A stretch of 64,000 nucleotides of DNA from an uncultured Gammaproteobacteria bacterium (GCA_964399675.1 CAYNRK010000005.1:766-64765), one strand, 5' to 3'; positions 1-9,315 are shown, counted from the first letter of the stretch. Numbers and translations are program-made. The notes: a model not told the origin generated them from the sequence alone.

Positions 1-28
1 GGTTAGTTGAAAGAGCGGTGCATTATGT

Positions 29-694
29 ATGGAAGACATATTATTTAATCAGATTGTTTCATTAGAGAATTTGTTCGGTGCCTGGCGCGAGTTCCGTTTA
101 GGGAAACGATCCAGGTAAGATGTTCAAGAGTTTGAACGGCATCTTGAGGATAGGATTTTTGAGCTTCACAACGACTTGATCAACAATCGTTACCATCACG
201 ACCCGTACCACCGTTTTCACATCTTTGATCCAAAACACAGAATTATTCATAAAGCCAGTGTTCGGGATCGTTTGGTTCATCATGCAATTTATCGAATTCT
301 TTATCCTCTTTTTGATCGATCGTTTATTTTTGACAGTTACAGTTGTCGAATTGGGAAAGGAACTCACGCAGCTGTGAATCGTCTTGAGGTTTTTGTTCGT
401 AAAGTTAGTAAGAACCATACAGGCTCATGTTGGGCTTTGAAGTTTGATATTAAGAAGTTTTTTGATTCAGTGGATCATGGGGTGTTGATGGGAATTCTCA
501 CTCATGTCATTTCGAGCTTGCCGAGAGATCTCTCCGTTCGGCCTTTAGCCTCAGTCGAGATGACACAAATAAAAAAGACCATTGATCTTTTGGAGGAGAT
601 CGTTGGCTCCTATTCAACTCAAAAATCCTTAGGGGGGGGTTGTCTTCTGAAAGAGATTTTGAAAACCGTCCACCTCAATAAGCTCCTCTTCTAA
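29..694 (+). pseudogene. DGR-type reverse transcriptase pseudogene (in-frame stop, 3' truncated)
   Basis: ATG at 29 gives MEDILFNQIVSLENLFGAWREFRLGKRSR, then TAA at 116-118, then the same frame continues into ORF 176..694 (DPKHRIIHKASVRDRLVHHA, SYSCRIGKGTHAA, LKFDIKKFFDSVDH). It closely parallels the RT at 22965 but ends before the GxxxSQ and YxDD motifs. Confidence 0.85.
505..565. repeat. GTCAT...ATGAC palindromic element inserted in frame in the RT pseudogene
   Basis: TGTCATTTCGA...GAGAGATCTCTC...TCGAGATGACA; encodes HVISSLPRDLSVRPLASVEMT, which is absent from the intact RT. Confidence 0.7.
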
Positions 695-2096
695 AAACTA
701 CCACTAGTGGCGTTTTAAGCAAAATGATGAGGTCTAGCCAAGGGCCCCAGTTTTCAATGTAATAAGTATCTAAGCGCACTTCATCATCAAAATCCAAATC
801 AGCTCTACCACTGATTTGTGCCATGCCTGTGATACCGGGTTTAATAGTATGAACTTTTTTGTGTTCGGGTTTGTAGGTTTTTACTTCTTCCGGGTAGTGG
901 GGCCGAGGTCCAACAAGTGACATTCTGCCCATAAGTACGATATAGAATTCAGGGAGTTCGTCCAGGCTAAATTTTCTAATCAACTTTCCAACTTTAGTTA
1001 CACGAGGGTCGTCTTTGAGTTTAAAAAGTGGTGAACCCTCTCGTTCGTTTCCATGTTTTTTTATAAACTCGGGATCAAAACGAAGTTTGTGGGCATCTCT
1101 GATCATTGAGCGAAACTTAAAATAATGAAACGGTTTTCCATTCTGGCCAATGCGCGTGATTTTTTTACCTTTTGGATCTTTTGAAAAAAGAACACCTCCA
1201 GGTTGTTCTAAAAAGAGTGCAATGGCAACGACCAGTTGGATTGGTGAAGTTAAGATGATAAGAACAAGCGCGCCCAAAATATCAAAGAGTCGTTTGTAAA
1301 TAGCCCCCCAGCCATCAAGCGGAGTTTTGCGTACTTCAATTACAGGTATACCTGCGTAAGTATGATTGATTGAACGTCCGGCTGCTGCTGCAAAAAGATC
1401 TGCTGAATAAAGGAACCCCAAGTGCTCAGTGTTTGTAAGTTGAATGATTTCAAGAGTTGTTTGTCGTGAAACTTCCGGATCGGCAAGTACAACTTCATCA
1501 ATTTTGTCGCTGCGTTTCATGCGGCGGATTCGATCAGCAACACTTTTATTGAATTCATTAAATTCTGAGATAACTTTAAATCCAAGCCGTTTTTTATTTT
1601 GGAATTCTTCTTTTAATGCCGAGCTGGTTGAATTATTGCCAATGATTACGATTCTGTGCACGCCGATTCCAGTTTTAAGAAGTGATCGTTGCAAGGCCCT
1701 AATAACAAGTCGTGCAACACAGACAAACAAAATTGAAAGACCCCATGCGGCAATTGCAATGAATCGGGATTCAAAAAGCGTGCGCGAGAAAAAGGTGATT
1801 GCAAAAACAAGTGCCATGGAAGATGAGCAGGCAAGTCCAATGCGCGTAAGCTCTGAAGCAATTGATTTCCTGCTTACTGTGTAAAGTCCGGAAACAGCAA
1901 ATACTAAAATCCAAATGAAAATGATTGGTGCAACTACTTTGAGATAACCTGAAAGTTGAAGATCAAAGATAACTGGTCGCATTGTTGTGAAGTATGGATG
2001 AAAGCGAGCATAAAAAGCCGCAACAGCAGCGGCAAAGAGTGCAAGTAAGTCAATTGGAACAAGTGCAAGTGTAAAGGCAAGTTCTGAACGTTTCAT
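675..2096 (-). CDS. Polyprenyl glycosylphosphotransferase (WcaJ/WbaP-like sugar transferase)
   Basis: N-terminal TM helices; KRLFDI, FKFRSM, DPRVTKVG, LDELP, SLVGPRP, KPGITGMAQISGR. Confidence 0.93.
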   Translation of the reverse strand: MKRSELAFTLALVPIDLLALFAAAVAAFYARFHPYFTTMRPVIFDLQLSGYLKVVAPIIFIWILVFAVSGLYTVSRKSIASELTRIGLACSSSMALVFAITFFSRTLFESRFIAIAAWGLSILFVCVARLVIRALQRSLLKTGIGVHRIVIIGNNSTSSALKEEFQNKKRLGFKVISEFNEFNKSVADRIRRMKRSDKIDEVVLADPEVSRQTTLEIIQLTNTEHLGFLYSADLFAAAAGRSINHTYAGIPVIEVRKTPLDGWGAIYKRLFDILGALVLIILTSPIQLVVAIALFLEQPGGVLFSKDPKGKKITRIGQNGKPFHYFKFRSMIRDAHKLRFDPEFIKKHGNEREGSPLFKLKDDPRVTKVGKLIRKFSLDELPEFYIVLMGRMSLVGPRPHYPEEVKTYKPEHKKVHTIKPGITGMAQISGRADLDFDDEVRLDTYYIENWGPWLDLIILLKTPLVVVFRRGAY

Positions 2097-2146
2097 ACGA
2101 AATCTATATTAACAAAACATTTGTGTTTTTGCGAGGTATTAATAGA

Positions 2147-2259
2147 TTCCCCTCCTTTTCAAGGAGGGGTTTCCGCCAAAGGCGGATCAGCCTCTGGCTG
2201 AAGGGGTGGTTATGATTCAGAGTTCTAACCCCCTGTAGTCCCCCTTGAAAAGGGGGACA
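2147..2259. repeat. Composite palindromic intergenic repeat (CCCCT..AGGGG type with nested hairpins)
   Basis: CCCCTCCTTTTCAAGGAGGGG, TCCGCCAAAGGCGGA, TCAGCCTCTGGCTGA, GTCCCCCTTGAAAAGGGGGAC. Confidence 0.65.
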
Positions 2260-2267
2260 TTCATCGA

Positions 2268-2306
2268 AATAGAAACACCCCCGTGGCCAGCTGGCTGCGG
2301 GGGTGC
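2268..2306 (-). terminator. Rho-independent terminator of paralog A
   Basis: CACCCCCGTGGCCAGCTGGCTGCGGGGGTG hairpin followed on the minus strand by TTTCTATT; near-identical to 3625-3651 and 6544-6580. Confidence 0.75.
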
Positions 2307-2330
2307 GAGTGAAGTGGTCGAGGAGTTCGT

Positions 2331-3464
2331 CTACTCGCCGTCTTCCTCCCTGGGAAGCCTGAGGCGCGAGATCATGAGTCGGTACTTGTGCCTGTGACGC
2401 TTGAGCGCCTTCATGTCGTCCTGGACGACATGAGCCCACATGTTGACCAGACCCACGTTTTCGATGTCGTGGGCGAACATGATCAGCCACGCGCGGTAGA
2501 TGCGCATCAGGTCTTCGTCGATCCGGGAAGCGAGTGCGCGGCGGTACATCATGCCGTGCATTTTTTGGCCTGAGGCTTGGATGAAGTCCGCATCTTCGTC
2601 GGCCTTCTCTGCGAAGTCGTCGAAGTTGAACTGTGTTGCCGTGAAGTGATGCTCGAGTCTCTTTGCAAGCTCCTGCTTTTGCGGGTCGGACAGCAGCTTG
2701 ATCGCCGTGCGAACCCATGGTCCGACCTTGAGCAGGACGGAAGGGTTTGCCACGAGTTTCTTGAGGGCTTCGGTGACCAGGTCGAACTCGTATTCTTCCG
2801 CCAGGAAGAACCCGAATGGTGTGAATCCGTCTCCCAACATCTGGTAGTTGGAGTAGTACGCGAACTGCTGGTACGAGGTCTCGAGCTCGGTGGTTGTTTC
2901 CAGGCCCTTCATGAGCAATCCCGCCAGCTCTTTGGGATCGCCCGAGAACTCGATCTTGTGATCCCGTGTTCGCCTTTCTCTTACGTGAACCGAACAGGTT
3001 ACGTAGTCGAGCTTGTCGGCCTCGCGCTTTAGCCAGTTTCCGTACGGTTCCATCGACTTATTGGACACGTCCAGGACGAACTCTGCTGCTGGAAGCAGCA
3101 GCTTCTTCTTGATCTTGGACGGAAGCTTGGGCAAGCTTGTTCCGAACGCGAATGCGCCTCTGACGGCTGCTTCCTTGGTTGCGATCAGCTCTGCCTTGCC
3201 CGCTTTGTCAGCGTCGACCTCTGCCTTGACCTTTGCGAACTCACTCGGGTTGAGCTTCTCGGCTTCCTCGAGCGTGCAGTCGACTCCCTTCTTGAGCTCG
3301 TTGGCGGGTCGTCCGAGTTCTGGCTCGGCTTCGACCTGAGCTACCGGAGCTGCTGCGGCTTCTTCGTTGTTGCTGAAGATCCACGAGCCAGTGGCCCAGA
3401 GCGCGAACGCTGCGACAGCAAGTAGCCCGACGACGATTGCGATTGCGTAACGGTTACGTAGCAC
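2331..3464 (-). CDS. Membrane-anchored protein of unknown family, paralog A
   Basis: AGGAGG RBS + GTG; N-terminal TM helix; shared C-terminal domain (GPWVR, MYRRALASRIDEDLMRIYRAWL, FAHDIE). Confidence 0.85.
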   Translation of the reverse strand: MLRNRYAIAIVVGLLAVAAFALWATGSWIFSNNEEAAAAPVAQVEAEPELGRPANELKKGVDCTLEEAEKLNPSEFAKVKAEVDADKAGKAELIATKEAAVRGAFAFGTSLPKLPSKIKKKLLLPAAEFVLDVSNKSMEPYGNWLKREADKLDYVTCSVHVRERRTRDHKIEFSGDPKELAGLLMKGLETTTELETSYQQFAYYSNYQMLGDGFTPFGFFLAEEYEFDLVTEALKKLVANPSVLLKVGPWVRTAIKLLSDPQKQELAKRLEHHFTATQFNFDDFAEKADEDADFIQASGQKMHGMMYRRALASRIDEDLMRIYRAWLIMFAHDIENVGLVNMWAHVVQDDMKALKRHRHKYRLMISRLRLPREEDGE

Positions 3465-3468
3465 AACG

Positions 3469-3537
3469 CCTCCTTTTGTAGACGTAAGTTGGTAAGGTGC
3501 AGGGAGTGAAGATACCAGAAAATAAGGCTTTTGTCAA
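3469..3537 (-). promoter_or_regulatory. Sigma70 promoter + conserved leader of paralog A
   Basis: TTGACA (3537-3532), 17 bp, TATCTT (3514-3509), leader CACCTTACCAACTTACGTCTAC, AGGAGG. Confidence 0.8.
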
Positions 3538-3587
3538 TAGTTAAAAACAAAAAATTCCCAAAAATTGGGAATTTTTTAATAGAAACA

Positions 3588-3618
3588 CCCGCCGTCGCTC
3601 TTGTAGAGCTATGGCGGG
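3588..3618. repeat. CCCGCCGTCGCTC-loop-GAGCTATGGCGGG REP-like hairpin inserted in the terminator of paralog B
   Basis: Related copies at 5350-5380, 9232-9262 and 57763-57801. Confidence 0.7.
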
Positions 3619-3676
3619 CGAGGCCCCCGTAGCCAGCTGGCCGCGGGGGTGTACGTCGTTGAGCTCGACGAGTCGT

Positions 3677-5137
3677 CTACTCGCGAGGGGTGATCGAGGG
3701 AACGCAGTGGCCCTGGATGCTCAGCATCTCGAGCTTGACCTCCGGAACTGTGTTCATGAGTTTTTGGATCTCCGCGGCAAAGCCGGTTGGGAGATCGTGG
3801 AGCGTACAGCGTTTGGCCTTGACCACGACGCCTTGCTTCTGATCACCTTCGGCCTTGGCTCGGGCATCTTCCAGCTCTCCGGCTCGCTTGACCCCCTCCA
3901 GGTACGCTCGGTGGTCGGCATCGGCGTGCTCGGAAGCGCTGAGCTGTCCGTCACCGTCCTTGTCGCCCTTGAGCGGGGTATCGTGGTTCGCCCCCTTGAT
4001 CGGGAGGTCGTCGGCTTCCGGGGCTTTGTCGTGATCCGTGGCTGCCACGACTTCGCCGAGCAGCTCCTCGTAGAACTTCTTGTCCGCCCCGAGCTTTGCG
4101 AGATCATCCTGGGCGTCGTGGATCCAGAGCGCTGCCTCGTCTCCCTCGATGTCGTGTGCGAACACGGCCAGCCAGATCCGGTAGATCCGGATCATGTCTG
4201 CGTCAGCCTTGGACGCGATTGCCCGACGATAGAGCATGCTCTGCATGGGGTTGTCCTTCGCAAAGGATTCTGTGTCGTCCTCGTCCTCTTCGTCGTACTT
4301 GATCTCCTCGTCGAACGTCTCCCAGTCGAACCCGCTTGCTTGCCAGAGCTCGGTGAGTCTCCGGTTGAGCGCATTCCTCTGGGACTCGTTGAGGGTTCGA
4401 ATGGCGGTTCTGATCCAGGGGCCGCTCAAGCGCAGGGCGGTTCTGTTGGCCACGAGTTTTTTGAGGAGCTCCACGATTGGGTCGTACAACGAACCCTCTT
4501 CGCGATCGAACTTGCCGTACGGGATGAACTTGCCCTCGTGGTAGTACCTGTACTGCACGTCCACATCCGGGTTGGCGTGATCGGTTTTCGGGTTGTCCAG
4601 TCCAGACGCGATCAGGCCGGCCAGATCCTGAGGCCTACCTGAGAAGGTTACGGTCTGGGTGACCGCGTCCTTCCTCCAGCTGCTCTCCTTGACCTTGCAT
4701 GTCCAGTAGGTCCGTCCGTCTGCAGGACGGGTTACCAGCACCTGCGATCCCTCCAGCACATTCGTGCTTCTGCTGAGCACCAGGGGAACCGGCGGGAACC
4801 GGTTGTTCTTCAGGATCGGAAGGTCTTTGGGCGCACGCTTCACCTTGCCTCTCAGCAACTTGAAGCTGTCCTTGACGTCTGTTGCGAGCTCTGAGAGCTC
4901 GTCCTGTGCAGCCTGGGCTTTGCTGCGGATCTCTTGCTCTGTAGTCCGCGTTTCCTCGGGGTTGAGCCGCCGTGCAATCTCAGGGGTGCACTCAGTACTG
5001 GTGTCGAACTTGTTGTCCGGATCCGGGAGTGCCTTGGGGGTCTTGACTACCTTGGCTGCGGGTTCTGGCTTGCGATCTGCGCCGCAGGCGCAGAGCATGG
5101 CCGCAGTGGCCACTGCGAGAATGTAGGTGCGTAGCAC
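3677..5137 (-). CDS. Lipoprotein of unknown family, paralog B (C-terminal extension)
   Basis: AGGAG RBS + GTG at 5137; lipobox-like MLCAC; shared domain YGKF..DPIVELLKKLVAN..GPWIR..YRRAIASK..MIRIYRIWLAVFAHDIE. Confidence 0.85.
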   Translation of the reverse strand: MLRTYILAVATAAMLCACGADRKPEPAAKVVKTPKALPDPDNKFDTSTECTPEIARRLNPEETRTTEQEIRSKAQAAQDELSELATDVKDSFKLLRGKVKRAPKDLPILKNNRFPPVPLVLSRSTNVLEGSQVLVTRPADGRTYWTCKVKESSWRKDAVTQTVTFSGRPQDLAGLIASGLDNPKTDHANPDVDVQYRYYHEGKFIPYGKFDREEGSLYDPIVELLKKLVANRTALRLSGPWIRTAIRTLNESQRNALNRRLTELWQASGFDWETFDEEIKYDEEDEDDTESFAKDNPMQSMLYRRAIASKADADMIRIYRIWLAVFAHDIEGDEAALWIHDAQDDLAKLGADKKFYEELLGEVVAATDHDKAPEADDLPIKGANHDTPLKGDKDGDGQLSASEHADADHRAYLEGVKRAGELEDARAKAEGDQKQGVVVKAKRCTLHDLPTGFAAEIQKLMNTVPEVKLEMLSIQGHCVPSITPRE

Positions 5138-5142
5138 TAGAC

Positions 5143-5211
5143 GTCTCCTTTGTAGACGTAAGTTGGTAAGGTGCGGAGAATGAAGATACCACAAAATAGG
5201 CTTTTTGTCAA
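5143..5211 (-). promoter_or_regulatory. Sigma70 promoter + conserved leader of paralog B
   Basis: TTGACA (5211-5206), 17 bp, TATCTT (5188-5183); same leader as paralog A. Confidence 0.8.
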
Positions 5212-5218
5212 TATTCTT

Positions 5219-5323
5219 GCGTCATTGCGAGGAGGCCATCCGACGGCCGACGAAGCAACCCCGTTTTCGAGTTCGTAAACGAGATTGCTTCGCTTAATAA
5301 GCTATTCTCGCTCGCAATGACGC
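5219..5323. repeat. GTCATTGCGAG...CTCGCAATGAC palindromic element (Rickettsia RPE-like architecture)
   Basis: 13-bp terminal inverted repeat GCGTCATTGCGAG/CTCGCAATGACGC with internal CGAAGCAA/TTGCTTCG stem. Confidence 0.8.
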
Positions 5324-5410
5324 GAGTTGCAGTTTTCCAAATAGAAACACCCGCCGTCGCTCTTGTTGAGCTATGGCAGGTGAAGTGGCTGGTTAGGCCG
5401 AGAGGGGTGT

Positions 5411-6466
5411 CTACTTGAGGCCTTGGACGAGCCGCTTGTAGAACGACTTGTCTTTCCGGAGCTTCCTGACGTCCTCTTGGACTTCGTGGATCCAGAGTCC
5501 GGCCTGGTCTGCCTCAATGTCTTGCGCAAGCGCTGCCAGCCAGATCCGGTAGATCCGGATCATGTCCTCGCCGATCTTGGAGGCCTTGGCGCGTTGGTAG
5601 AGCATTAGGCACATGGGATCCATTCTGCCGAAGTTGGCTTTTTTCACCCCCGAGTACTTGAGTCGGGTTGCATGCCAGAGCTCGAGAAGCCGTCGGTTGA
5701 GTCCGGTTCGTTGATCTTTGGTCAAGCCTTGCGCGATCTTGCGAACCCAGGGCCCGGCCTTCTTCACCGCCTTTGGGTTGGCGACGAGCTTTCGCAGCAG
5801 CATGACGATCGGGTCCTTGCCGTCGCTTCCTCTGAGGAACTTGCCGTACGGGATGAAATTCCCATTTGCGTAGAAGTGGTGTTGGCCAAAGCTGCCATCG
5901 TCTTTGTGGTTGCCAGGATGATGTGCCAGGCCCTTGACGATCATGCCGGCAAGCGTTCTGGGCAATCCATCGAATGGCACGTTGCGTGTGATCTCGCCTG
6001 ACTTGTCGAATTCTGGCACGACCTCGCAGGTGATATAGGTATAGTTGTCTGCCTTACGGGTCTTGGCAGGACAGTTGGGAGCGAGTCCTTTTTTGAAACG
6101 GACAGTGACGTTCACTGGAACCTGAGGGAACCTGCCTTTTCTGAGCAAGGGCAGATTCCTGGGAGCGTTTTTGATCCGCTCGTTGAGGTGGATCATCCCG
6201 TGATGTACGTCACTCTCGATGGCCTGGAAGTCTGTACGTGCCTTTTTTTCATGCTCGCGCAGTTGAGCTTCTGCACGATTGACCGAGTTTGGATGGAGCC
6301 TTGACCCCACCTCTACGGTGCATTGGTTGCACTCGCAATAGTCTGGAGCCGAGCCCAACAGTTTCGGTTCTTTCCCGGACGACTCGTCCGATGATGACTC
6401 ATCCGATCCGCTGCAAGCGCACAGCATGGCCGAAACGACCATTGCGAGAATGTAGGTATGACGCAT
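5411..6466 (-). CDS. Lipoprotein of unknown family, paralog C
   Basis: MLCAC lipobox, Ser-rich linker, shared C-terminal domain (GPWVR, MIRIYRIWLAALAQDIE). Confidence 0.85.
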   Translation of the reverse strand: MRHTYILAMVVSAMLCACSGSDESSSDESSGKEPKLLGSAPDYCECNQCTVEVGSRLHPNSVNRAEAQLREHEKKARTDFQAIESDVHHGMIHLNERIKNAPRNLPLLRKGRFPQVPVNVTVRFKKGLAPNCPAKTRKADNYTYITCEVVPEFDKSGEITRNVPFDGLPRTLAGMIVKGLAHHPGNHKDDGSFGQHHFYANGNFIPYGKFLRGSDGKDPIVMLLRKLVANPKAVKKAGPWVRKIAQGLTKDQRTGLNRRLLELWHATRLKYSGVKKANFGRMDPMCLMLYQRAKASKIGEDMIRIYRIWLAALAQDIEADQAGLWIHEVQEDVRKLRKDKSFYKRLVQGLK

Positions 6467-6471
6467 TGGCC

Positions 6472-6542
6472 GTCTCCTTGTGGTAGACGTAGGTTGATAA
6501 GGTACGGAGAGTTAAGATACTACAAAATCAGCTTTTTGTCAA
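6472..6542 (-). promoter_or_regulatory. Sigma70 promoter + conserved leader of paralog C
   Basis: TTGACA (6542-6537), 17 bp, TATCTT (6519-6514); abuts the terminator of paralog D. Confidence 0.8.
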
Positions 6543-6606
6543 TAATAGAAACACCCCCGCGGTCAGCTGGTTGCGGGGGTATGTGTGTTGAGCCAAGAAG
6601 TCCTGT

Positions 6607-7728
6607 CTATTCCTCTTCCACTTTCTTGGGAAGGTTGAGGCGCGAGATGAGCAGCCTATACTTGTGTTTGTCCCTCTCGAGCTTCTTGAGATCCTCGCGG
6701 ACAACGTGCGCCCACTTGGCAACCTGGGCCTCTGCTCCTGCGTCGTGCGCGAACGTGATCAGCCAGGCTCTGTAGATCCTCATGAGATCTTCGCCAATGC
6801 GGGAAGCGAGCGCGCGACGGTACATGAGGCCGTGCATTTCGTTTCCGTCACTTTGTGTGAAGTCCTTATCGGCGTTGACCTGCTTGGCGAACTCGTCAAA
6901 GTCAAAGACGGTTGCCTTCCACAACTCCTCGAATCGCCCTGACAACACTCGTTTTTGCCCTTCGGGCAAAAGCTTGATCACCTTACGAACCCACGGTCCA
7001 GCATGTAGCAAGAAGAAGGGAGACACTACGAGCTCTTTGAGTTTTTCAGTGATTGGATCATGAATTGACCCATTAGGCTCGAAAGTTACCAAAGGGATGA
7101 ATCCGAATCCTTCTTCTGCGTCATAGTTGGAGTAGTACGTGTATTGTTCGTTGGTGTCTTCGAATCCAAAATCTTCGATTTTGTATAGTACCAGCCCTGC
7201 GAGTTCACGCGGGTTTCCAGAGAATTGCCCCATGTTTTCGTGGGTCATGTATTCGGTGTGATTGGTTATGCAGGTCGTATATGCGAGACCATCGGATTCG
7301 CGTTCCATTTCGAATTCGTAGGTTTCGAGATAGTTTTCTGGAACACTGAGCCAGAAGACGGGTTTTGCAAGCTGCACCTTTTTCTTTAGCTTGAATGGAG
7401 TTTTTGGAAGACTCCTTCCAAGCTCAAAGGCGCTTTTCAACGATGCTTTTACCCCTTCGATTTTTTTGGGATTTGCAGCCTCAGCATCTTCGAACTCTTT
7501 TTTGGATGATGCAGAGTGCTCTGGATCAAGCTTCCCAGCCATCACCTCAGTGCACTCCTCACCTTCCTTGAGTTCATTGCTTGGTCTGGGAAGCGGTTGA
7601 GGTTCAATGTCTGTTTGCGCGACTGGTTTTGGTGCTTCTGCGTTCGGGCTGAAACGCCAGAGCAGAAGAACTGCTGCGGCCAAGATCAAGGCCGCTCCGA
7701 CTACTGCAGCTACTCTTGCACGTAGCAT
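6607..7728 (-). CDS. Membrane-anchored protein of unknown family, paralog D
   Basis: N-terminal TM helix; closest to paralog A (RPSNELKEG.ECT, MYRRALASRIGEDLMRIYRAWL). Confidence 0.85.
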   Translation of the reverse strand: MLRARVAAVVGAALILAAAVLLLWRFSPNAEAPKPVAQTDIEPQPLPRPSNELKEGEECTEVMAGKLDPEHSASSKKEFEDAEAANPKKIEGVKASLKSAFELGRSLPKTPFKLKKKVQLAKPVFWLSVPENYLETYEFEMERESDGLAYTTCITNHTEYMTHENMGQFSGNPRELAGLVLYKIEDFGFEDTNEQYTYYSNYDAEEGFGFIPLVTFEPNGSIHDPITEKLKELVVSPFFLLHAGPWVRKVIKLLPEGQKRVLSGRFEELWKATVFDFDEFAKQVNADKDFTQSDGNEMHGLMYRRALASRIGEDLMRIYRAWLITFAHDAGAEAQVAKWAHVVREDLKKLERDKHKYRLLISRLNLPKKVEEE

Positions 7729-7734
7729 CGGTAC

Positions 7735-7797
7735 TCTCCTTGATCGTATTGGTAAGGTGCGGAGAGTTAAGATATTACAAAATTAGCTTTTTGTCAA
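7735..7797 (-). promoter_or_regulatory. Sigma70 promoter + conserved leader of paralog D
   Basis: TTGACA (7797-7792), 17 bp, TATCTT (7774-7769), CTCCGCACCTTACCAA leader. Confidence 0.8.
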
Positions 7798-7860
7798 TAC
7801 GAAACACCCGAGGAGTTTTTCGGGTGTGAGTCTGGTGTTGAGTTGCCCTTTTGGGCGAGC

Positions 7861-8622
7861 CTATGGGTTCGGGCGGAGCCGGATCAGTTCGTTCAGATTC
7901 TGGTCCCAGGTGTGCATCAGCTTGAGCTGCACGATTACGCCACGATGCCCTTCGGAGAATCGCACTTGAAGGGGTGAATCAGCCAGGAGGTGTAGGTCGA
8001 GCGTTTCGAGAAGGTCGATCAGTCGACCACGCATCTTGCGCATGCCTTTGAGCCATTCCGCGTGGTCGTTGAGGTATGACTCAGGGTGAGTCACGTTTTC
8101 TTCGAGCCAGATGACCTCTTTGGCCCAGCGGGCTCTGAGGGTTCGCAGGCCTTTGAACCACGCGCACCTGAAGTCTGGGCTGATGTCGATGAACCTGCGC
8201 ATGAGGTGTCGGTTTTTTTCCGACAACCAGAACGCCAGGTAGTACCCAGCGAACACGGCCGCAAACATCACGAGCAAGATGTGTGCCGGAAAGGCACGTT
8301 CATTCACGAAGCTTGTGAAGCTGATGCCATCGGGCCGTGGACTGCTCAGGATTGCTGCGGTTGTGCCAAAGGCCATGATGAATGTGATGATGCACACCAC
8401 CATGTAGTCTGGCGGTACGTGCGCGATGAGGACAATGACGCCTATCATGTGCAGCAGCGCCAGGACGCGTTGCAGCAAGATGATTCGTTGGGTCCTTTGT
8501 TGTAGCGAACGAGCATGTGCTGGTTGCAGCGAAAGCAGATTGAACAGGTACAGAACACGTGACGTCAGAACATCATCGTTGATCCGCCTGATGTCGAGAG
8601 CGTTAGTAGCGGTGGTTGTCAA
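7861..8622 (-). CDS. Hypothetical membrane protein (~3 TM helices)
   Basis: High-GC ORF; likely TTG start at 8622 behind AGGGGA; own promoter TTGACA (8686-8681)/TAGCTT and terminator 7799-7828. Confidence 0.65.
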   Translation of the reverse strand: MTTTATNALDIRRINDDVLTSRVLYLFNLLSLQPAHARSLQQRTQRIILLQRVLALLHMIGVIVLIAHVPPDYMVVCIITFIMAFGTTAAILSSPRPDGISFTSFVNERAFPAHILLVMFAAVFAGYYLAFWLSEKNRHLMRRFIDISPDFRCAWFKGLRTLRARWAKEVIWLEENVTHPESYLNDHAEWLKGMRKMRGRLIDLLETLDLHLLADSPLQVRFSEGHRGVIVQLKLMHTWDQNLNELIRLRPNP

Positions 8623-8730
8623 TTCATTTCCCCTGGAGTGGTTCCTGCCAACGACAAAAGCTATCATCATCCCAGCCTTTTGTCAATTATAGAAAACAAA
8701 AGACCCCCAAAATTTTGGGAGTCTTTTGGT

Positions 8731-9164
8731 GTCTCAGGATATGTCTGTAAGCCGAATTTTGTCTTCCCTTGGTTTTCACCAAGAGGAGGTGGAAATCTAT
8801 CTAGCCTGACCATTGCTGGCCAGATCATGCGAGCTACCAAATTTGCTCTTACACCGGAAAGGGTTTGCCACGTCTCCATGTCACCATGGGACGAAACATG
8901 TAGCAGATGAAATAAATCTCAACCACACCATGTCACTTTTCACGTTTCATTCAGCCGAAGCTGAACTAGTATCGTCTCTGCGGCACTTTCCCTAGGCTTA
9001 AGTTCAGATGCCAAGGAGTGAATAAATCCAACTCCTCGATTTCTGATTTGTATACCCGGTCGCCGTTAGCGACTTTCCTTTTTTTGTAAGGTTGCCCTAT
9101 ACAAAGGTGTTCGGACTTTCCTCGTATCCACAAAGGACACGTATCCACCCGACATTCCTGGGAC
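8731..9164 (-). ncRNA. rnpB: RNase P RNA
   Basis: GAGGAAAGTCC near the 5' end and ACAAAATTCGGCTTA near the 3' end; ends pair (P1); upstream TTGACT-17-TACTAT promoter and downstream terminator. Confidence 0.93.
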
Positions 9165-9315
9165 GCGGAGATAGTACCAAAGATAGGACAAAAAGTCAAG
9201 GTTGTTTACTTTAATTAAGTTAAAACGAAAACCCGCCGTTGCTCCTTCGGAGCTATGGCGGGCAGGCGCGCTCTTGGCGCGTTGAGTGGGGTCGTGTTTT
9301 TTGAAACTGTCTTTG

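Noticed and set aside
116-118. Stop-codon recoding in the RT fragment
   Set aside because: TAA, TAG and TGA all terminate normal genes here, and the RT is also truncated.
3611-4642. Long + strand ORFs opposite the paralogs (also 2577..3032 and 21298..22194 on minus)
   Set aside because: Antisense shadows of high-GC genes; the opposite strand has the RBS, promoter and homology.
2331-7728. Paralogs as remote DGR targets
   Set aside because: No similarity to the TR found by eye and no AAC-rich template nearby; only one VR is seen in the window.
2268-8700. Integron cassette array or CRISPR interpretation of the repeated intergenic motifs
   Set aside because: No integrase, no attC RYYYAAC/GTTRRRY boundaries, no regular repeat-spacer period; the motifs resolve into promoters and terminators.
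8638-9199. Short ORFs over 8.6-9.2 kb
   Set aside because: They overlap the RNase P RNA.
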